From Octopus sinensis (taxonomy: Eukaryota), in NCBI RefSeq assembly GCF_006345805.1, contig NC_043010.1:57288001-57352000 (forward strand): a DNA stretch of 64,000 nt. The letters are read 5' to 3'. Under the pieces are notes generated by a model, which had not been told where the DNA came from, ran no database searches, and saw only the letters and a list, made by a program, of their open reading frames with translations. Shown piece by piece: positions 24,301 to 36,126 of this stretch; position 1 is the stretch's first letter, and every line of letters starts with the position of its first letter. The translations under genes were made by a program, and so were the position numbers.

Positions 24301-25949
24301 CAGGGACTACATTGTCTGATATAATTTTTTACTGCAAGGCGAGAAAGTAATTTGAGGGTGATTTGGCTGTTATATCTATGCGATCATCAAGGCTCCATCA
24401 TTGTCTAGTCTCTGTTCCTAATGTTCAGTTGGCAATATTTCCTGAGGGAAATCAGGAAGCTGCCAGATGAAAGACCCTGCAGCAAGATTTAGTTCCAGGC
24501 CTTGGTTCAAATTACTTCCATTGACATCTAGGATACATTTTACGGATATAAAGCGAAACTTCTGTGGTTCTTTGTCTTTATCAAACCATGAGATAATGAA
24601 AGGCAGAATTAATCTCAGTCATCATTCTGTTTATATCTAAGACACCTGGGTAAGACTTTAAACTGCATTGGGTAATGGGGCCTTCGTTTGGGAGTTCCTG
24701 GGTTTTGAGGAGTGTGAGACCATCTGTAAGTCATTATTGTTTCCAGGTCTACTCTGACCCAGAGTTGTAGCACCTGTCCGGGTCCCAGTTAAGGGATCAC
24801 CCACTTCAAATCCAGGCTATGTCTGATCCAATAATAGGCAGTGACTTGGTCTGTGAAGCCACTGCAATGGTCAACAATCAACAGTAAGATGGGTCACCAT
24901 GGATCACACTATCCTAAAGTGTGTATGCATGTGTCCAGGGGCCACATGGGAATTTGTATTCCCACTGAAACTCCAGGCATGACCTCTACACCTCAACAGC
25001 GAATGACGAGTACTGTGTCCATGCAATCTGGTGCACTTGCTCCCTGCAAGGGGCATCTCTGTGATTTCATGTCCTTGCCCTCCTGGTGGGGCATGTGCAA
25101 CCTAGATATTTGGGTCGGTCAACATTACTTTACCTGCTGGAATATTAGGGTCAACCATCGAATGTGGTCAGCATTCATGAGGGAAGGGGTGAACCCTTTG
25201 GTCAGAGTTGGCTTGACCCACCCTGGGTGAATACCATATCAAGTACAAGTAAATAAGTGGGAGACCTTAACGAATATTAAATGTGCCACAGAACTTGATT
25301 GATACTTTACTGTATCAACCTCTGGAAGCATGAAAAGTAAAGTTGAGTGGGGTGGGATTTGAACCCAGAATGCAGATGGATGTCACTGAACCCAAAAAGG
25401 CACTTAATTTGATGCCCTCACGAATCCACCCTACCAGCTGAATGGCTGTTGTCAGTTTAATTAATCTGGTTATGATCTTGTATCAATGTTAGAAATCAAT
25501 ATCTTTGTGGCTTTTTTAATCATTTTTTTCTATAAATATAGTTTTTATTTGGTAGACACACACACACACACATACCTGCGCACACATGCACACACACACG
25601 TGTAGATACATGCATACATGCACAAATTCATGCACACACACACACACACATGAGTTTTTTCAGGGTGAAAGTAGAGTTTGTTTCCTTTATCACATTATGT
25701 TATTGGTATCATCCCTCTGGGGTCAATAAAATAAGTACCAGTTAAGCACAGGGGTCAATGCTATCAACTGGCCCCATCTTCCTGCAAAATTTCAGGCCCT
25801 CTGCCTCCAAAGTAGAAAGGATATCATTGTGTGAATGCCGGGTTCTGTAAACTCTACAACTGTGACTGGCACTCAAACCCTCACAGAATCCACCCCAAAT
25901 CTGTTGCCAAGTCATAACAAATAAACCCTACCTTCGTCCCTTCTCTGCT

Positions 25950-26700
25950 ACCAGATCATCCATCGGTGTTTAGCAGGTACTGCCTGAGAGAGACAAAGGA
26001 TGCCTGCCCAGGTCTCCAGCCTCTGCTTCCTTCATCTCTTCTTAAGTACAGCCTGTCAATATCACGGATTCCATGGAGACTTCCATCAGATGTCAGAATC
26101 TTGTGGGATTTAATGTCTGTGGAGTGGATTTCCTCTACAGATCAGTCAAGTGTCCCAAATGCTGAAATCAACATTGGTACTGTCAAGGCATTGGGAGATG
26201 TCTTGTTGTAAGAGGAGGATTCTGACTACCCTATTTTTCTAAGTCTGATGTAATGTTCTGGGACCCTTCTATCCTTATTCACAGCATTTCCATTTGATAT
26301 ATTTTCACCAATGTTTAGGCATCGAACGACCGTTTCTGTGCAGGTTCTGAGTCTGGAGAACTGGTTTTTGTCAGTCAACAACCAAATATGAACATTTCTT
26401 TTGGCTAAATTCCATTCCTATGTCAGCTGAAAATCTTGTTATTGAGTCTAGCCAGATTTTTGGCATTGTTAATATTTTTTAGCATAAATCTGCTGGCCAT
26501 CCACAAAAAAAAAAAAAAAAAATTATGGGTTACATGAGTATTTCAAGCAACTGCAGATCCAAGCATTTAGCCATTTTGGTAATAATTCCTTGTAATAATT
26601 CGTTTGAAATATTTATAACATTGGAGATGACTGTTTTGCTCTCAGTGAGAATTGTTGCCCAGGTTTTTTGTGAGCCTCTCAGTGGCAGCAATTAAGGTAG
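25950..26700 (-). pseudogene. Degenerate R4/Dong-clade LINE reverse transcriptase fragment
   Basis: The minus strand gives FVDGQQIYAK (FVDD-like), FSADIGMEFSQKKC, LTVPMLISAFGTLD and IDRLYLRRDEG. Confidence 0.6.
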
Positions 26701-27613
26701 CAGGTCCCTGCCAAATGGAGACATTTTAGCAACCATTTGTGAGCAACTGAGTCAAAGAGTTTGGCTGCTGTAACGCTGCCACAGTGCAGCTTTGTTTACC
26801 AAAAGTTGTTTGACACTTGTCTGTCTGTTTGTCTGTGTGTTTTTTCTTTGAGTTTAATTCAAGTCTTTCTTGAGAGAATTCAAGCCATTCGCTAGCAAAG
26901 AGACAAGACTTTTTGAGTTTGGAGACATCCTGGTGTTTGTAAATACGTGGTTGAGTTGGTGTTGGCTGACCTGTCAATGCACACATCCAAGTGTGCATCT
27001 ATTCATCTAAGGAATCTCAGATGGAATATTTTTGGAATGTCTTACAGATCTTTACTGTGCCACTAATAGATTGAATGTGGAGAAAGCATGTCAGTTTCTT
27101 TTACCCTTTTTTTCACTAAACCTGATATTTCTAGGTTTTTGTGTAACTTTGCTGAGACATAACCTAATGGCCCCTACAATGGTAAGTACAGATGAGAATC
27201 TATTGTCAGGGTACAAGAGCTGTAAGTTCTGCATTAATTCACCTATAAATCTTCTCTTTTTTCAAAGCAGTTCCCATCCCTGGGCCGCTGACCACAAAAA
27301 CAGTGCATCATTTTTGTTCCCTGTCCCACAGAACAATATCAGGTTTGCTATGCTTCCACTGAATTAATGCTTTTATTGGGGTTTTCAACCAGTATTCCTG
27401 GTTTATGAAGGTGCAAAATACCTGCTGGTTCTCACCTGCTTTTCATGAATATGCCAGGGCAGTCCTTCCTACGGATGGCATTGTAAATAGTCTTTGCAAC
27501 TATGCCCCAGGGGCAGGTTGTATTTTTTAGAGATTTTGGGGAAGGTGCTGATGATGTTCCACATGGCCATAACAGAGCCAACATCTTTTTTTATCACAAC
27601 GCGGAGGTTTGAT

Positions 27614-28135
27614 GGTATGTATGTATGTATGTATGTATGTATGTATGTATGTATGTATTATGCATGTATGTATGTGTGTATGTAGGTATGTATGTATGTA
27701 TGTATGTATGTATGTATGTATGTATGTATGTGTGTGTGTGTGTATGTATTATGTATGTATGTATGTATGTATGTATGTGTGTGTGTATGTATGTATGTAT
27801 GTATGTGTGTATGTGTGTATGCATGTATGTATGTGTGTATGTATGCATGTATGTATGCATGTATGTATGTATGTGTGTATGTATGTATGCATGTATGTAT
27901 GTATGTGTATGTATGTATGTATGTATGTATGTATGTATGTATGTATGTATGTGTGTATGTATGCATGTATGTATGTATGTATGTATGTATGTATGTATGT
28001 ATGTATGTATGTATGTATGTATGTATATATGTATGTGTGCATGTATGTATGTATACATGCATGAGTGTGTATGTATGTACGTATGCATGTATATGTGTGT
28101 GCCTGTGTGTATTCGCGTATTTGTGTGCGTGTGTG
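27614..28135. repeat. (TATG)n/(TG)n compound microsatellite
   Basis: Directly visible. Confidence 0.95.
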
Positions 28136-29084
28136 TGCGGTTAAGTGTGCGTGTGTGTGCGGTTAAGTGTGCGTGTGTGTAGTTGAAGCCTCTCAGCTGA
28201 ACGATCGTTGCACACACGCAATACACATAAACCGTGTGGTTTCCTAGTCAGTCACCGAGTTGCCTCCCTTGCACCATAACGTCATCCCATTTTCCCGCGT
28301 CTGATTCCGTCGGCGATTTGCGTCCGACCAAAACAAATTAAAACCAACAAAATCGCATGATCAAAAGTGTTCCATCCGTGACAATCACTCCTTTTTTTCA
28401 GACACTGTGTAGTTGGGATTACACAACCAAATTTATCCTCTTTTTGTTTGTTTTCTTTTAAAATGTTTGGGGAAGGATGGGGAGGGGGGCAGTCAAAGTG
28501 ATGGTATGGGGGGGGGGTTGACATGGTTGATGCTGCAGTTGGATGGTTGCAGGAAGAACCAAGGAGAAGAACCAAGGAGACTGGGGGGAGCGGAGGAAGG
28601 ACTGGCAAAGAGGGAGGAGACAATATGGGCGATGGAAGGGGACAGATGTGTGTGTGTGTCCGGTGGGGGCTGAGGAAAGGGCATTGTAGTAGCGGTGTGA
28701 GGAAGAGAGCATAGAACTAGAAAGGGGGAGGGGGTCGAGGGGTTCAGATGGTAGGACTTTGAAGGGGGATTTAGGCAAAAATTGCTGGCATTGGCTCAAG
28801 ACTTACAGCTTCCCTCAAGGAAGAGGGAAGTGAATATGAGTGGTCCATGGTGAGTAGAGACCCAGCTAGAAATAGCAACTTTGCACTATTCAAAAGAAGG
28901 AAGGGTCTCAGAACAACACAGGATGTCGTTCACAGCTGGAACTTTATTTATAAGAAAAAACCTGATCACAAACAACAAACAACAAACAGCAACAATGACA
29001 ACATGGTCGTCCAACCTGCAAGAAATAACAGCTAAATCCACTGCAACCTGTTGTGCACTGTTCTTTAAAATATATATTACGTGG

Positions 29085-29352
29085 CCGACGCCAGGACCCC
29101 TTGACTGGCTCCCATGTTGGTGGCATGTAAAAGCACCATCTGAACATGATCGATGCCAGGCCTGCCTGACTGGGTTCTGTGCCGGTGGCATGTAAAAAGC
29201 ACCCACTATACTTCTAGGAGTGGTTGGCATTAGGAAGGGCATCCAGGTGTAGAAACATTGTCAGATCAGATTGCAGCCTGGTGCAAACCATCCAACTCAT
29301 CCAGCATGGAAAACAGACGTTAAATGATGATGATGATGATGATGATGATGAT
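29085..29352 (+). mobile_element. RTE 3'UTR fragment with (GAT)n tail
   Basis: Same terminal module as 20628-21028. Confidence 0.75.
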
Positions 29353-29498
29353 ATCTGTACGTATATATATTATATATATATATATATGCATATGTCAATC
29401 AATATCAGGGTAGCAAAAAATTCAAGAGAAATTTTTTCGCCACCAGGGGTCCAGTGAGAAAGAAAAAAATAGTCAACAGACTATATATAATATACGTT

Positions 29499-29710
29499 CA
29501 ACAATATTAAGGAATGACCTTGATAGGCCATTCGACCCACTAGAAAGAGCAGCTAAACTCAAACCGCTAAATAGTTGTAATTTAGAAATCAAAAGGGTAA
29601 ATGTTTTTATTTTCCTTTGATTTCTGAATTACAACTATTTAGCGGTTTGAGTTTAGCTGCTCTTTCTAGTGGGTCGAATGGCCTATCAAGGCCATTCCTT
29701 AATATTGTTG
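29499..29710. repeat. Near-perfect ~100-bp-arm palindrome (foldback/MITE-like)
   Basis: 29499-29602 is the reverse complement of 29609-29710 with about 4 differences. Confidence 0.9.
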
Positions 29711-29904
29711 TATATATGCATATGTATATGTATACACACACACACAAGTATGCACATAAATACAAGGTGGAAAGAAACCAGGTAGAATAAAATGGTTTTA
29801 TTAAAACTGCAAAAATCTTCACAAAACTGTTTCCTGCTCCTGTTTGTTGGACAGTTGTGATGAATAGGGAATTGAGATGGTGATGGTGTGTGTGTGTTTG
29901 TGTG

Positions 29905-30164
29905 ATCATCCTTTAACATCTGCCTTCCATGCTGGCATGGGTGGGACGGTTTCGCAAGAGCTGGCCAAGCAGAAACTTACATGAGGTGGCACCGGCACCG
30001 GCAGGGTCACCAAGTACCTCCTTGCAAGACAAAGAAAAAAAACCTTTGAGAGGAGAGGGGGTCATTGGAGGAGGGGATCATTGTGTCGGATGAAGAAAGG
30101 TTTTAGTTAGAAAGAAAGACAGAAACAAGTGTCTTGCTGTTGAGGAAGAAGAAGGTTATTTGGC

Positions 30165-30256
<92 letters not shown>

Positions 30257-31516
30257 GAGAGAGAGAGAGGGAGGGAGAGAGGGAGGGAGAGAAAGAGAGA
30301 GAGAGAGAGATCAGGAACGAGGACAGAAACAGGTGTGTTGCTGCAAGGGAGATACATGGTTAGCCAACCTGAGGGAAGTGAAGGGAGAAAGAGAGAGAAA
30401 GAGAGAGAGGGAGACAGCAGGATGGAGATGGTGGCAAAATGCTGGGCATACGCAATAATACAGTGAGACAGGGCATGGGTGGAACACACAGGTCAGGGGG
30501 GGCTAGCAGAGAGCAATGATACAATGGCACAGGGCCAAGAGGACAGGATTGAGGAGTGAGAGGAAATGGAAATGTGAAGGAGAGGAGAGATGTAGTTTGG
30601 TTTGTTGTGGTAGGGTGTGTGAGAAGTTTTCATGTTAAGTGTGGGTGGGACACACAGCGCTTCTAGAACTCAGTTTTGCTGACATGGGCAGGTCTTCCCA
30701 AGAACCTCATATTGCCAGATATCTTGGTCCATTGACATTTCTTCCATGAGGCCCAACATCCTGAGATCGGTCCTCCCCCCTTCACCCCCATGTCTTCCTG
30801 GGTCTCCTTCTTCCACAGATGCCATCCATTCTCAGTGATCAACACTTCTTTATGCAGCTGTCTTCATTCATATGCATCACATGTCCAAACCAACGTCGTC
30901 TTCTCTCTTCCTTGCTGCATTTGATTCCTCTTCTGCTCAAATTTTCTCTCCACACATTTGCACTTTGTCATACATGCACACTGATGTTGCACATCCAGCA
31001 GAGCATACTACATTCATTCCTCTTTAGTCTACGCATGTCCTCTGCCTTCTGAGCCCGTGTCTCACTACCATGGAGTATAACCGTTTGTACACAAGCATCA
31101 TACAGTCTACCTTTCACTCAAAGTGAGAGTCCTTTTGTTGCTATCAAAGGTAAAAGCTCTCTGAACTTCCTCTATCCTATTCTTAGTCTAGAAACAATAC
31201 TTTCAGAGCATCTTCCACCATTGCTAATTTGGTCACCTAGGTAACAGAAACTATCTACAGCCTCGAGAGAGCCTCCTGGGCATTTGAAAGGGTCTAATTC
31301 CTGTGTGTCCTTAGTGCTTATTGTTCCTGCACATCTGCCACGTATGAAGACGACTCTATCTGTTAATCTACCTGTGATTCCACTGCACCTCTTACGTGTC
31401 CATAGTTTACCCTGGGTGCACTGAATGGAATTATTTCAAACTCCTTTCCTACAAATGGTGCAAGGCCACTTACCTGATGGAAAGAGAGTTTTATCTTCTT
31501 TCTTACTAACAAAAAC
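29905..31516 (-). mobile_element. 5'-truncated RTE LINE (PHD-like Cys region, post-RT domain, GA-rich 3'UTR)
   Basis: The minus strand gives GKWPCTICRKGV, VDSFCYLGDQ and KGRLYDACV, homologous to ORF 53255-53722. (GA)n at 30167-30310. Confidence 0.8.
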
Positions 31517-31536
31517 ATATGTGTATATATATATAT

Positions 31537-31724
31537 GTGGCATGTAAAAAGCACCCACTACACTAACGGAGTGGTTGGCGTTAGGAAGGGCATCCAGCCA
31601 TAGAAACATTGCCAGATCGGACTGGGCCTGGTGCAGCCTTCTGGCTTCCCAGACCCCAGTTGAACCGTTCAACCCATGCTAGCATGGAAAGCGGACGCTA
31701 AACGAGGATGATGATGATGATGAT
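31537..31724 (+). mobile_element. RTE 3' terminus, inverted relative to 29905-31516
   Basis: GGCGTTAGGAAGGGCATCCAG...GCGGACGCTAAACG(GAT)n. Confidence 0.8.
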
Positions 31725-32580
31725 ATATATCATATATTGGCCTACTTGCTTAGCCAGCGGGGTGGTGTCATTCGAAGGCTAAAACAATGCGAACGCATTG
31801 TGACCAGCGATGTGTAGCAACATCTGATGGTCTTGTCGGTCACGTGATCATGTGATACTCACACACACACATATGTATATATATATAAGTATGTATGTAT
31901 ATATGTGTGTGTGTGTGTGTATTATATAGACAAATGAAAGAGAATAGGATTAATGGTATTATTTAAAATCCTTACCATTGTTTTGCTATCTTCCTACACC
32001 TGTTGTATATTGGTGAGATGATGGGCAACCATTAACCTACGTCCAAGGTGTAAAATGCACCTTGTTCAACGATTGTTTAACGAAGTCCTTTGTTAGATCC
32101 TCATGCTGTTTCACTCAGTTTGATAATGTAGACCAAGAGTGATGTTTCATCGTCATAGTAACTCTATGGATACTATGGAATTCCCTGATGCAGACCCAGT
32201 GGCAGGAGCATTGTCACTGTATCATGACATCAGATAGCCAATAACTGTGGATGAGCTTTGAATGGCATTCCACAAGTTTTTTTTTTTTCTTTTTACCCCA
32301 TTCTTACTTAACCTGTTATATCTAAATCACTTGTATATCTTCTATATTTCAGGGACTGGACTGTGGCCTTGCTGGGGCACCACCTCCAAGGGTTTCTAAC
32401 TGAACAACTCAACAGCAGAACTTATTTCCCAGTCTGGTATTTATTCTGCTGGCCCCTTTCTTTTCTTTTACCAAACTACTTACAGGGACTTAAAAAAGGT
32501 CAACATTGGTTGTCAGGCAGCCGTGAGGAGCGAAAAAGCACAGCACAAACGCTAAGAAAACACACACACATACATATGCA

Positions 32581-32620
<40 letters not shown>

Positions 32621-34363
32621 CATAGATATCTGTAAGTTAAGTTAATAAAATGTTTCCTGATGACCCGTTGTGGTTGAGCGTTTGGGCCCTAAACAACCAT
32701 AATGGTAAAACGTGCATAAGGCCTTATTATATAAACCTGTGTTTATCCTTATATCTCATTCATATGTATTTAACAGGCTTCCTTGTAGTTTCTGTCTGTC
32801 AAATTAACTCACAAGCAATTGATGGTCCCAGGACCATGGATAGCACTTTCCAAAGTACCAGAGAGCAGGACTGAACCCAGAACCATGTGGTTACAAAGCA
32901 AACTGCTTAATTACACAGAGATGCCTGTCCCTAGAGCAATGCCAGTGTCCCACCCCACTCCTATACTAGTGTGTGTGTGTGTGTGTATAAGCATGTGTAA
33001 GAGTGTCTATATATGTGTGTGTGTGTGTGCACCATTATGTATGTATATGCATGTGTATGAATACACACACACACACACGTCTGTGTGTGTGTGTTTCTAA
33101 TAGCTGCACTAATTCAACATCTTCAGCCGTAACATCACACATTATCAAAACAAATTCAATTAGGCCTCATTAGATGGAGTTGATTGATTGAGATTCACTA
33201 ATTACATTAATCTTATTGTCTGAGTCGCCATAACTGTGCTCTGCCAGAATCAGTAGAACAACCAACAAAATGACTTGTGTTCTTTAGCGAATTTCCCTGG
33301 TTAATAAAATAATCACCAGAGTTGGGTGGATGACTTCCTTCCTTGGCCATGGAATTTTGGACAGGGAAAATGGGAAGAGGCTGGCATGTATGTATGTGTG
33401 TGTGTGTGTGCAAGCGCATGAAATTAAGTACATGTGTATTTATGTATACTTGTATGTATGTGTTTATGTGTATGTATGTATGTGTGTGTGTGTATATATG
33501 TTTATGCATGCATGTATGTATGTATGAATGCATGAATGTATGTGTACAGGTATGTGTTGCCATTCTTGTCCCCATCATCATCATCATCATCATCATCCTC
33601 TTTCTCCCCCCTTCTCCTCCTCCTCTTCCTCCTCCTCGTCATCTTCCTCACCATCTTAATTTTAATGTCCACTTTCATTCCATGCTGTCCTGCATCAAAC
33701 AATTTGAGAGGATCTCCCAAGCTGGAAGGCCGCATCTCATTCCTTTTCTCCCATCGACCACTTTACAGAGTGAACCGGTTGTACTTGTTCTTCAGGACAC
33801 CAGCATTAGGGAATCTCTCTCTTGCCCCTTTGAATCAAATCTCCATTCAGCCTTACATTATTTGTGTTTGGTTCTTCTTTAAAGCAGTTAAACTATAATT
33901 TTCAGGACTTCTGCTCTGGAACTTTAAACAGATGTGGATATATTTTGTTATTCTCTTTGCACAGAGAAAACTTGAGGAAACTTTTGTGTATAAAGTATCG
34001 ATTTGCTTTCTTCTCTGTTTAAAGTCTCACAACAAAATTTTATCAGACTCTAATTCAAATGCTTTAAGTTTATTTTAGGTTTTCTAGTAAATGGTGTGTT
34101 GTACATATATATTTATTGGTCACATATATGTATGCGGGTATATATAAATGTGTGTGTATGTTGTGTTTCTCTCTCTCCCTCTCCCTCTCTTACTCTACAC
34201 AGACACACACACATACATACATACATACACACATACATACACACATACATACACACACACATACACATATACATACATGCACACATACACACACATACAT
34301 ACATACATACATACATACATACATACATACACACACACATACATACATACATACATACATACA

Positions 34364-34394
<31 letters not shown>

Positions 34395-34854
34395 TTATAT
34401 ACATTTGTGTGTGTATAAATGATTTGTTGATATATATATATTTTTTTTTCAACGAATGGAAACATCACCAAGATAATAAAAAAAAACCCTGTGCTTTATA
34501 AAAAAATCTCAAGTGATATTTGTTCCTTACCAAGTTACAAACACTTCCTTTCCACTGTTGGACACACTATTAGTTTTAAATTTTGGTACAAGACCATCAA
34601 TTACATGAAGGGGACACATTGACCCCTTCGTACTTATTTTATTGACTCCGAAAGGATGAAGAGCAAAGTTGACTGCAGTGGAATATTTAATGAGAGTGCA
34701 AAGATGGAAGGGATGCTGCCAAGCAATTTGTAAAGATGTGCTGACAATTCTGCCGGTCCACCCTCTGACCAACCACTCACCATGGCAACCAAGCGTTGCT
34801 ATTGTTTACCGAATGTGATAAAACATAAAGAACAAAATGAAATGGATATTTGGT

Positions 34855-35192
34855 GCCGGAGTGGCTGTGTGGTAAGAAGCTTGAACAAGTGTCTCCTACT
34901 ATAGCCTTAGGCCAATCAAAGCCTTGTGAGCAGATTTGGTTGATGGAAACTGAAAGAAGCCCATCATGTGTGTGTGTGTGTTTGTCACCCTTCCCCACCA
35001 CAGCTTGACAACCAGTGTTGATGTGTTTATTTTTCTGTAACTTAGCAGTTCAGCAAAAGAGATCGATAGAATAGGTACAAGGCTTAACACAATGATAAGC
35101 ACTAGGGTCGTTTCATTTGACTAAAAACCCTTCAAGGCAGTGCTGCCCCAGCATGGCCACAGTCTGATGACCGAAACAAGTAAAAGAATGAA
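34855..35192 (+). mobile_element. CORE-type SINE copy
   Basis: Matches 2562-2972. Confidence 0.75.
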
Positions 35193-36069
35193 AGACAAAA
35201 GATAGAAGACGTTGAGTTGGTGAGAAACGGAGTTGATTTCCTCGTTTGGCCTCAGAGGAAATTCTTTCACCGAGTTCTGTGAAGAAATGTCTCAAATAAT
35301 GGTAGATGAAGGATGATTATGGTCCTAGACACAAGGTCTAAAATGGGAGTGGTCGGGGGTGGGGGTATGACTGATTAAAGTATAATTGTAATTAAATTAT
35401 GATTAAATTATAATTGATTAAATTAGCTCCAGTAGTTTATTTTATTGACAACAGAATGATGAAAGTTAAAGTTGGCCCTGATTGGATTTGAACTCTGACC
35501 CTTACAAGTCATAACCCACTCCCACAAAGCATTTCACTTGAAGCTCTACCGATTTTGTGAACATCCTGTTCCAGGAAGCAGGACGGGATGTAACAATGTC
35601 AACAAAATGATAAAAAAAAGTCCGTTATTTGTAATTCAGTCAGATAAGATCTGGGATAACAGGGCTAAAACTACTTTGTAAACCCAGTCATGTTAACCCG
35701 AAATATCAAAAGTATACAGAATATTGATTTAGCCAAAAATGCTGCCCATTCCCATCTTGCCTCCTCCTTTCCCTTTTGGAAACTGTTAATGCTAAAGAAA
35801 TTTGATCTTTAGCCAAAGTTATTTTCTATTTTTGCCATTAATAGTCTCTTTATTAATTTTACTTTAGCCAGATGATCAAAGAAAAGCCAGAATTTGCCAG
35901 TGTCAGGTAATCAAGCGACTACAATACAAATACACCCAACTTCTATTTAGGAAATGTAAACACAGCCGAGTTCTTGTTCTGATGAAATGTAAACATATTG
36001 TTGTAGTAGTGTGTATATGAGGTGAAGCTATATATAATTATATATGTATATATGTATGTGTGTGTGTGT

Positions 36070-36126
<57 letters not shown>

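Noticed and set aside
33213-33390. Possible second protocadherin tail exon (STDSGRA motif)
   Set aside because: The motif is the antisense reading of a decayed Meta-like SINE head (compare STDSAN at about 55060), and the acceptor lacks a pyrimidine tract.
35164-35185. CTGATGACCGAAACAAGTA hammerhead-like string
   Set aside because: It is a point variant of the SINE tail CAGTCAAATGACTGAAAC; stem II and stem I are absent.
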